From NCBI RefSeq assembly GCF_006345805.1, contig NW_021824563.1, positions 1 through 18,291 of the forward strand: a stretch of DNA of 18,291 nt, in the 5' to 3' direction. The notes beneath the pieces are model-generated. The model was given only the letters and a program-made list of their open reading frames with translations, searched no databases and was not told the origin of the DNA. Made by a program: the position numbers and the translations under genes. Positions 1 to 8,564 of the stretch are shown here, piece after piece. Origin of the DNA: Octopus sinensis. Its lineage: Eukaryota. Position 1 is the first letter of the stretch. Each line of letters begins with the position of its first letter.

Positions 1-282
1 GTAACAAGAGCGACAAGAAGAAGAATAAAGTGCAAACAACAATAACAACAACAACAAAGAGTTGTAAAATAAAAGAAAGTAACAAACATAAAAAGTACGA
101 CAGAAAAGGAAAATAAAAGAATGCGACAAAGAGATGTATTCCAGAATTGAGACATATTTATAAATACATACATGTATATATATATATATATATACGTGTA
201 TACACACGTGTGTGTGGGGGGTATGCATGTTGATATTCTATAGAGACCGAATGAAATACGGATAAACACATGTAGACATACA

Positions 283-682
283 TACTCTCTTTTACTCTTT
301 TACTTGTTTCAGTCATTTGAATGTGGCCATTCTGGAGCACCGCATTTAGTCGAGCAAATCGACGCCAGGACCTTATTCTTTGTAAGCCTAGTACTTATTC
401 TATCGGTCTTTTTTGCCGAACCGCTAAGTTACGGGGACGTAAACACACCAGCATCGGTTGTCAAGCGATGCTGGGGAGACAAACACGAACACATAAACAT
501 TTACAGACACATGCATATATATATATATATACGTATATACGACGGGCTTCTTTCAGTTTCCGTCTACCACATTTACTCAGAAGTCTTTGGTCGGCCCGAG
601 GCTATAGTAGAAGACACTTGCCCAAGGGACTGAACCCGGGACCATGTGGCTGGTAAGCAAGTTACTTACCACAGCCACTCCT
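283..682 (-). mobile_element. tRNA-derived SINE, family 2 (internal TA/CA microsatellite, short-tandem-repeat tail of RTE-partner type)
   Basis: The minus strand begins AGGAGTGGCTGTGGTAAGTAAC (A-box-like) and GGGTTCAGTCC (B-box-like), followed by CTTGGGCAAGTGTCTT (resembles the CORE-SINE motif). It has an internal (TA)n at ~513-540 and ends ...GACTGAAACAAGTAAAAGAGTAAAAGAGAGTA. The family and RTE link are from recollection of octopus repeats, not a search. Confidence 0.75.
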
Positions 683-814
683 ACATATACATATACATGC
701 ATACACATGTACACACACTCACATATATATCTGCACATATATATTCACATATATATATATGCATACATGTGTGTGCGCGCGCCCGGTGGTATGTTTGATG
801 AAATATTTATACAA

Positions 815-950
815 AGACACGAGCTGGCAGAATCGTTAGCATGGCGGGCGAAATGCTTAGCGGTATTTCGTCTGTCTTTACATTCTGAGAACAAATTCCG
901 CCGAGCTCGCCTTTGCCTTTTATCCTTTTGGGATCGATAAATTAAGTACC
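815..950 (+). mobile_element. tRNA-derived SINE family 1, 5' half of an interrupted host copy
   Basis: GAGCTGGCAGAATCGTTAGC head, degenerate B box (GAACAAATTCC), and body GCCTTTTATCCTTTTGGGATCGATAAATTAAGTACC, all shared with the copies at 951-1185, 14116-14331 and 15248-15481. Confidence 0.9.
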
Positions 951-1185
951 TATTTCTTTATTACCCACAGGGGGCTAAACATAGAGGGTACAAACAAGGA
1001 CAGACATAGGTATTAAGTCGATTACATCGACCCCAGTGCGTAACTGGTACTTAATTTATCGACCCCGAAAGGATGAAAGGCAAAGTTGACCTCGGCGGAA
1101 TTTGAACTCAGAATGTAACGGCAGCCGAAATACCGCTAAGCATTTCGCCCGACGTGCTAACGTTTCTGCCAGCTCGCCGCCTTAA
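951..1185 (-). mobile_element. Full-length SINE family 1 (tail type A) nested antisense in the host SINE
   Basis: The reverse complement runs from AAGGCGGCGAGCTGGCAGAAACG through GAGTTCAAATTCC to ...GTGGGTAATAAAGAAATA. It is flanked by GATAAATTAAGTACC (936-950) and GATAAACTAAGTACC (1186-1200), a 14/15 match. Confidence 0.92.
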
Positions 1186-1274
1186 GATAAACTAAGTACC
1201 AGTTGCATACTGGCGTCGTTCTAATCTACTAGCCTCCACCCAAAAATTTCGGGCTTGTACCTACTTTGGAAAAA
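1186..1274 (+). mobile_element. SINE family 1, 3' half of the interrupted host copy (tail type B)
   Basis: Resumes the family body after the TSD (AGTACCAGTTGCATACTGGCGTCG). Ends AAAATTTCGGGCTTGTACCTACTTTGGAAAA, similar to the reverse complement of the tail at 7857-7900. Confidence 0.8.
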
Positions 1275-1869
1275 TATATATGTTCCCGTGCTTTCGTTCT
1301 TCGTTTGGTAAGTATATATATATAATATATATTATATATAATATATATAAAATAATAATAAGTCAGAGCATAGAAAAGTTATGAGCAAGATTATCCCTAC
1401 TGATCATTTAAAAAAAGCATTTTTCTTAATAGTCACTGCTTATAAATATTTATAAATACTTTGTATTCATTAATAAACGAAGTTTCTTTATTGATTTACT
1501 TTGAGCATCTGTATTAAATATGTAGTATTGTTATCGAAAAACTTAGAATTTAAAGAACTTGTCGGTAGCACATCGTCCAAATGTTTACAATCGGCTATTT
1601 ATTGGATACTGGGATAACGATGTGTTGACGATGAGCGGTCATTCTTCTGAAAATTAATCCCATTTTTCTGATGTAATCTTTATTACTTCTGTTACATTTA
1701 ATAAATTTCCTGATGCACATTAAAGTAATTCCCTTCGTTAATTCCTTGGATTTAGTAATTGTTGAAACTTGGGATAAACGACTTTAAGTAATGTATATTA
1801 TTCGATGGACAGTACAGAGAATATTAACTGATATCGTAACAGAACGCCGCAAAACGATCAATATTCAAG

Positions 1870-3195
1870 ATTTGGGAAGGGCAAAAGGCTCATCAAATAC
1901 ACATATTGCCTTGCGCCATTACATAAGACATAGTTTAAGACACTCAGTTTTTGTCGAGATTAAAATGCAAGCGCTCTAATAAGTAGCTAGTTTCATTGTT
2001 CTTTGTACATGCGCACTCATCAGTTATTTGACAGTTCAACGTCGTTCGACACGAACTTTCAGTGAGACAAGTTGTGTTTTGTGTGTTTAGGTTCTCTTTG
2101 AAAACGGAGAACAAAATGAACATTATCAACATCTCATGTCAATTTACCAAAAACAAGAAAAAAAAACATATGCACACACAAAGAAACAGAGTGGCAGAGA
2201 CCTGCACGAAGATATGCATATGCGCTACTTACAGAGATGATGATGTTACTGAACATGTATACCAGAAGTTATTTCACACGTTTCGATCGGGGAAATTTTT
2301 TGGTTCAAGTCACCACTCGCTCTGGCCGACCAGCTAAGATTTTCAGCAATAAAAAAAGGAGTAAGTCTACTCCAACACCCATCATACGACCAGGATGAAA
2401 TCAGACTTTCTTTGGCTATACAAATCTAGTGTTGAGAAGCATCAGCGCATCAATCCGCTTACATAAGGAGGCTTGATATAGGGATCCTACATGAATTGAA
2501 TGGAGTTGACCTCACCTAACGGATTTGCATCTGTGAATCGTAGTAGAAACATAAAGAAACGATCCATTTAGAAGAGTACAGTGGCAAGGGCCAAAAATGG
2601 ATCATCTGTTATAATGTAAAGAGCTAGCAATTATGGGTGAAGTATGACAAACCACCACAAACAACCTCTGAATCTGGACTTTACACGAAGAAGGTTATGC
2701 TTTCCATTTGTTGAGATTGGAAGTAGGTTTGGTTTTACGAACTTTTTAAAGACAGACATGTGAATTCAGATGTGTACTGTGACTAACTGGACAAATTAAA
2801 CATAGTTATGCAATAGAAGCATCCAGTTCTTGCCAATCGTAGGGGTATCAGGCAATGTTAGTCCGTGCATTTCTTAGAAAACTCGGCAGACGAGGTAGAC
2901 TCGGGGATTTAGCTGAGAACTTTAGCCATGCACTTCATTTTCGCCTTACCATGCACCTTCGGATTTTCACCTGTTTTTGGTTCGTTCAAAATTCATTGAA
3001 TGAACAAACCTTCAAGAGATTTTCACCTGTAAAGAGAGGAAGGTTTTGGAGCTGGGTAAAATTGAGGTGCCCACAAGACGGCAGAAGACACTGGAACGAA
3101 ACGGTAATTATATCATTGATTGAATAAATCACTTTCTATTAAAAATTTTGTCTAATTTTCGCTACTAGTCTGAATTGACATTTTGGCCAAACAAT
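1870..3195 (+). mobile_element. Decayed mariner (Tc1/mariner) DNA transposon, ~1.3 kb
   Basis: Transposase remnants span 2104-3123. The right TIR-like sequence at ~3168-3195 reads ATTGTTTGGCCAAAATGTC on the reverse complement, similar to mariner TIRs starting ATTGGGTTGGCCAAAA. A weak left TIR candidate lies at ~1870-1897. The span fits typical mariner length; the left boundary is uncertain. Confidence 0.75.
2104..3123 (+). pseudogene. Mariner transposase pseudogene
   Basis: Manual translation across frameshifts and stops gives collinear mariner motifs: EQNEHYQHL, FRSGKF, RSGRP, LDIGILHEL (WVPHEL), KWIICYNVK, KKVMLSIC*DWK, YEL..NSDVYC, LANRRG, SFSPYHAPSDFHLF (YSPDLAPSD), and C-terminal RRQKTLERNGNYIID* (stop 3121-3123). 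The catalytic aspartates are largely lost. Confidence 0.9.
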
Positions 3196-3347
3196 GGTCG
3201 CAGTTTCAAGTTCAACGAAAAAAGCAGGCAGAATCACAAACACTAGGGTTGTGCAAGTGCACATTAATAATGCAAAACCTGGTTGTTTATTGACGTCTAT
3301 GGTCGAGATGCAAGAGTAACCAGTGTAAATTAAAGCAAAGCCAAAAC

Positions 3348-3379
3348 ATGATGATGATGATGATGATGATGTCAATGAA

Positions 3380-3442
<63 letters not shown>

Positions 3443-3490
3443 TATAATAATAATAATAATGATAATAATGATGATGATGATAATAATAAC
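3348..3490 (+). repeat. (ATG)n plus (TAA)n compound microsatellite
   Basis: Read directly; gives the poly-M, poly-I and poly-Y ORFs in the track. Confidence 0.97.
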
Positions 3491-5527
3491 AAGAGCACTC
3501 AGACAGCGCAAATCTCCACCAAAGCAAGACCAGCGTCTTCTCAGCGATTAGCCAGAGATGATATTTAAAATGAGAATATCTGAAATAAACTCGACAGCTC
3601 TCACAAACGAAGATACTGAAAATGAACCCGACAACTCTCAAAAATTAAATTTAAAAAAAAAACTGGAAAAGTAGTCCAAAATCCTTGTTCGGTACCGGGT
3701 CGATCACAAAATCAAATAAGTTCGTGTCTGTCACGAGGCCAAACATCCCTGAAAGTTTCATCGGAATAATAATAATAATAATAATAAAAATAATAATAGA
3801 ACACCGGGGGAAAGGAGAACACCGGGGACGTTTAAGATGTAAGAAGGAAAATACAGAGCTCCGAAATCTATCCACAAACATCGAAAACAAGGACATCCTA
3901 TGGAGCCAAAGATTTACTAACAAAGAATTGGACTGTATCCGAGTAAGTAATACTAATTGAAATTTATTACTATTTTCGAAACGAAATGATGTATTTTGAC
4001 TCGATATCATCTCCACCTCTCTAACGCAACACATGTAAACATGCGTGGAACATCACGATCATCCCCGACCCCAAACACCATGTACAAAGGAACTACGAAG
4101 AAATTAAATGCCACCGATACTATTCAACCCAAGAATAACAATCGAGCGGTACGTACATTAAACTTACAACAAAAAATGTACGAAAAACTACACCTGCGAA
4201 ATAATGTGACAACAGAAATAAACGGACCGGTACCCTACGAAAATGACGACCGTCAAAATAATGGGCCGGACGTTGTACCTCATGTCCCGCAAATAAAACC
4301 CAAAAGACGTAAATGGACACGTGAGGAATACATTTCTATCTTACACGCATACTTCACAGCAGTGCTCTACCCAAAGAATGAAAATACAACAACACATACA
4401 TATAAAATATGGAAGGAAAATAATAGAGATATAGACTTGGATACAGCAATGAACCCTAATAAATTAGCTAACGTACGAATATACATTCTCAAAGCCAAAA
4501 AATATCAGAAATAGAAATAGAACATTTAAAAGAAAAAATACACCAGGAAAATGTAAATAGAAGCCACACAACAATGCCCAATAATATAAACACTGAAACT
4601 GTAAAACACGAAGACAAACGCAACATTCCCAACAAACACGATGTAAACAACGAAGGGGAGCCTAATGATTATGATAATATAAAAAATAAAATAATCAAAG
4701 AACTGAAAACCACAGAGCTCAAAATGGACCACCGAACATACCTCCCAAGAATCAAAATAAACGAAATAACACAACACAATTATAAACAGCATAAACCTAG
4801 CCGTCACTGAATTAATAGCCACTGAAACAAAAAAAGTGATATCACTGAGCTAAATGACTTAATATACGCTGCAGCCACTGCAGCCACAAAAGAAGCTGGA
4901 TACTCACCCAAACCCGCCCAAACAGGAGTACCACCACCAAACAAACCCTGTGGATAAATAACATCCAAAACAAAATTAAAAAAATTAGAAAAGACCTGTC
5001 GATTCTTAATGAAATCAACAAACAATCAACGCTACTGAGCAACAAAAAGAGAACAAAATACTCCGCAAATATAACATCACAGAAAAAGATTTGCCGGAGA
5101 TAAAAGAAAAGCTGAAGCAAGATATCCTTGCCAAAGCACAAAGGATCCGCCGGTACGAGAAACGCCAACGCTTCTTTGAACAAAACAAAAAGTTCAACTC
5201 CAACCCAAAAAGTTCTACCAAGAACTGGGCAAAAATAAAATAGAAGTCACTGCAGCACCAACGGCAGAAGAATTGAAGAATTCTGGAGAGAAATATGGTC
5301 GGCGAACGAACAGCCAAAAAAAAGGAGTATCAAAATAACGAACTCGGCATCTGAACAACTTTGGACCCCCACACAACTGAAGAGGTCACCCAGGCACTGC
5401 AAAAACTAAGCAACTGGAAGGCACCTGGGCATGACAAGATCCCCAACTTCTGGTTGAAATATCTAACAGGAATGCACAAAAAGCTGGCTGAAAACTTTAA
5501 CACAATATACTAGCAGAGCCAGAGACA

Positions 5528-6910
5528 ATGCCTGAATGGCTCACGAAGGGGAAAACCATCTTAATTCCCAAATCAAATGAAACAGCAAAACCAGAAAACT
5601 ACAGACCAATAACCTGCCTCCCTACTATGTTCAAGGCATTTACTGCAGTGATATCGCAAAGGCTGAAGAAGCACCTGGACGAAAACAAACTATTCCCAGA
5701 AGAGCAGAAAGGATGCCGCAAAGGCTCATATGGCTGTAAAGGTCAACTAATGATTAATAAAGCCATAACTGAAGACGGCCACAGAAGGAAGAAAGGCCTC
5801 AGTATGGCCTGGATTGACTACAAAAAGGCGTTTGATAGCATCCCCCACACATGGATCCTCGAAACACTAGCCATTAATAAAGTAGCACCAACAATCATAA
5901 AATTCATAGAGCACTCTATGAATAAATGGCAAACAGTCCTACACCTCCAAACAAAAGAGGGACTCATGAAAACCAAAGACATCCCCATTAGAAGAGGAAT
6001 ATTCCAGGGAGACACGCTCTCTCCACTCCTTTTCTGCTTGGCACTGTCACCTCTATCTGATATGCTAAATAGAACTGGGTGCGGATATAAATGTTACGGC
6101 AAAACGATCAGCCACCTTTTATATATGGATAACCTAAAACTATACGCTGCAAATGACAAACAGCTGGAAACACTATTAAAGACAGTTCATGGATTTACCA
6201 AACAAATAGATATGAAATTTGGATTAGATAAATGCGCCAAAGTAACCATGAAAAGAGGAAAACTAGTTAAGAGTAACAACATCACACTAGATAAAGCCAA
6301 TGAAATAAAAGAATTAGACCAAAGCCAAACTTACAAATACTTAGGAATCCATGAACTAGATAAGACCCAACACACACAAATGAAAGAGAAAATAAAAAAA
6401 GAATATTATAGACGAGTTAGATCAATACTAAACACAGAGCTCAATGCTAAAAACAAGATAATAGGTATCAACAATTTAGCTGTCCCAGTTATAAGTTACA
6501 GCTACAATATCCTTAACTGGACACGAAATGAACTGTCCAAAATAGATAGGAAAACAAGAAAACTAATGACAGGATCTAGAATGCATCACCCAAAATCTGA
6601 CATAGAAAGACTATATATACAACGTATAGAAGGTGGTAGAGGCCTTATACAGCTGGAAAACTACTATAAAATAACCACCATAGAACTGCAAAAATATCTA
6701 CTTCAGAAGGAAGGAAAACTGATCCAGATAGCGCAAAACACGAGCAAAAAAAAACTGTTCTCAGTATTTAAGGAAGCTGACAAATACAAACAAGAAATCA
6801 TACCACCTAATAAACATGAAGAAGAAGAAGAAGAAGATGAAGAAGAAACAACAAAAGCTATAAAACAAATGAAATCCAAACTAAAAATAGAACAGCAACG
6901 AACCATGTAA
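5528..6910 (+). CDS. Reverse transcriptase domain (open 460-aa segment) with catalytic YMDD changed to YMDN
   Basis: Non-LTR RT motifs NYRPITCL, EQKG, WIDYKKAFDSIPH, RGIFQGDTLSPLLF, YMDNLKLY (6122-6145), FGLDKC and YKYLG. This is part of the disrupted retroelement ORF, not a host gene. Confidence 0.93.
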   Translation: MPEWLTKGKTILIPKSNETAKPENYRPITCLPTMFKAFTAVISQRLKKHLDENKLFPEEQKGCRKGSYGCKGQLMINKAITEDGHRRKKGLSMAWIDYKKAFDSIPHTWILETLAINKVAPTIIKFIEHSMNKWQTVLHLQTKEGLMKTKDIPIRRGIFQGDTLSPLLFCLALSPLSDMLNRTGCGYKCYGKTISHLLYMDNLKLYAANDKQLETLLKTVHGFTKQIDMKFGLDKCAKVTMKRGKLVKSNNITLDKANEIKELDQSQTYKYLGIHELDKTQHTQMKEKIKKEYYRRVRSILNTELNAKNKIIGINNLAVPVISYSYNILNWTRNELSKIDRKTRKLMTGSRMHHPKSDIERLYIQRIEGGRGLIQLENYYKITTIELQKYLLQKEGKLIQIAQNTSKKKLFSVFKEADKYKQEIIPPNKHEEEEEEDEEETTKAIKQMKSKLKIEQQRTM

Positions 6911-6994
6911 AACGATGGCAAAAAACCCCTTCATGGTAAATACTGGACTAAACTAAACGCAAAAGAAATAGACAAAGAAAACTCCCAGCAATGG

Positions 6995-7540
6995 TTGAGA
7001 AGCTCAGGACTCAAAGCAGAAACAGAGGGATTTTTAATTGCAGCACAAGACCAAAGCCTCCCCACCAGAAATTACCAAAAACATGTAATGAAAAGAAATA
7101 TTACAAGTAACTGCAGAATATGTGGAGATGGACAAGAAACAATAAATCATATTATCTCTAGCTGCCCAGTCCTGGCTAAGAAGGAATATATTCACAGACA
7201 TGACAAAGTTGGAACCTACATACATTGGAAGCTATGCCAACATTATGGAATAACAACAGAAAAAAGATGGTATAGGCACACACCAGAAAAGGTCACAGAA
7301 AACGAGAAAGCAACCATACTCTGGGATATGCCGATACACCCAGATAGAGAAATTAAGGCCAACAGACCAGATATAGTTGTCAGAGATCATGAAGAAAAAA
7401 ATTGCTTTCTAATTGATGTATCAATACCGGCAGATGACAACGTGTCTCTAAAAGAAATGGAGAAACTCTCAAAATACAAAGACCTGGAAATAGAGGTAAC
7501 TAGAATGTGGAATCTGAAAAAGAAACAATTCCTATCATAG
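6995..7540 (+). CDS. CCHC zinc knuckle and restriction-like endonuclease segment of the retroelement
   Basis: CRICGDGQETINHIISSC (CxxC..H..C), RHD, ILWD, NRPDIVV, LIDVSIP, EKLSKYKDL. It is in the same frame as the RT segment beyond the stop at 6908-6910; a frameshift near 7520 continues it to 7678. Confidence 0.92.
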   Translation: MRSSGLKAETEGFLIAAQDQSLPTRNYQKHVMKRNITSNCRICGDGQETINHIISSCPVLAKKEYIHRHDKVGTYIHWKLCQHYGITTEKRWYRHTPEKVTENEKATILWDMPIHPDREIKANRPDIVVRDHEEKNCFLIDVSIPADDNVSLKEMEKLSKYKDLEIEVTRMWNLKKKQFLS

Positions 7541-7772
7541 TAGGTGCATTAGGCATGATAAAAAATTTCAGACAAATACATAACAAAAACACCAGGACTT
7601 ACAAACACATATAACATACAGAAAATTGCACTACTAGGCACTGCACACATCCTACGCAGAACACTTTCCATACAATAACCATCAGAGCATCACAACAAAT
7701 CACAGCACATACCCAAGGCACACAGAGCTGCGCTCGGTAGTGAAGTGAAAGCACGCTATAAAAATAAAACTA

Positions 7773-7839
<67 letters not shown>

Positions 7840-7856
7840 TAATAATAATAATAATA

Positions 7857-7965
7857 ATCCTTTCTATTGTAGACACAAGGCCTGAAATTTTGTGGGAAAG
7901 GGATTTGTCGATTATATTGGCCCCTGCGCTCACCCGAAAGGATGAAAGGTGGAGTCGACCTCAGG
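7857..7965 (-). mobile_element. SINE family 1 fragment (tail type B) adjoining the (TAA)n
   Basis: Reverse complement GAGGTCGACTCCACCTTTCATCCTTTCGGG...AAAATTTCAGGCCTTGTGTCTACAATAGAAAGGATTATTA. It has an internal deletion and no head. Confidence 0.8.
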
Positions 7966-8006
7966 TCTTTGAGCAGAAGCCCCTAGGTTTTAATAGCAAT
8001 AATAGC

Positions 8007-8200
8007 GGTTTTAAATTTTGACACAAGGCAAACAATTTCAGTGGGTGGTGGGTGCTAAACTTACTACATTAACGCTAGTGGGCTTCTGGTACTTATTTTA
8101 TCGACCCCGAAAGGATGAAATGTAATATCGATCTCGGCGGAATTTGAAACCTGAACGGGAGGAGCCAGAAAGCGTGCTAACGATTATAACAGCTCGCCGC
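8007..8200 (-). mobile_element. Diverged SINE family 1 copy (tail type C)
   Basis: The reverse complement starts GCGGCGAGCTG..AATCGTTAGCACGC, contains TTTCAAATTCCGCCGAG and CATCCTTTCGGGGTCGATAAAATAAGTACCAG, and ends ...CCTTGTGTCAAAATTTAAAACC. Confidence 0.8.
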
Positions 8201-8254
8201 TGGCACCATTTCTCCTCTTTACCGTTCCTTCTCCCTTCCATCCTTCCCTCCTTC

Positions 8255-8256
<2 letters not shown>

Positions 8257-8292
<36 letters not shown>
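8257..8292 (+). repeat. (TTTC)n microsatellite
   Basis: Read directly. Confidence 0.9.
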
Positions 8293-8293
<1 letters not shown>

Positions 8294-8564
8294 TATTTAT
8301 TTCCTACTTTTCTTCTTTTTCACCGTCTCCATCCTCTATCTTTTCACTTTTACCAGCCTATTAAAACCTACCGCCTAAACACACCTGAAATACAGGACAT
8401 ACATACTCATACATTATACGTATACATACACATAGTTATACACAGACATACACACATACACACATACACACACACATGCGCGAACGCAAACACATAATAC
8501 ACAACAATGAAGCAATTTCGCAGGTTTTCATAAAATGGATTCTTGACAAAGCCTCCATGGTATT

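Larger units (their letters stand above)
3996..7678 (+). pseudogene. Frameshifted polyprotein ORF of the R4/Dong element
   Basis: Fragments join across frames: KRRKWTREEY..HAYF, ITELNDLIYAAA, RIRRYEKRQRFFEQNKKF, FWREIWS, NWKAPGHDKIPNFWLK, the RT, KPLHGKYW, CCHC, the endonuclease, TIPIIVGALG, and QKIALLGTAHILRRTLSIQ* (stop 7676-7678). Confidence 0.88.
3796..7858 (+). mobile_element. R4/Dong-clade non-LTR retrotransposon (restriction-like endonuclease type), near full length, with (TAA)n tail/target
   Basis: One long disrupted ORF with domain order N-terminal region, RT, CCHC, PD-(D/E)xK endonuclease. There is a ~97-nt 3' UTR with AATAAA at ~7763, then (AAT)n at 7776-7858, and (AAT)n also upstream at 3765-3797. 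The domain order and motifs such as ETEGFLIAAQDQ and QKIALLGTAHILR fit R4/Dong. Confidence 0.88.

Noticed and set aside
4491-4510. Programmed -1 frameshift separating ORF1 and ORF2 in the retroelement
   Set aside because: No in-frame X XXY YYZ slippery heptamer, R4-clade elements have a single ORF, and many similar 1-bp deficits occur downstream.
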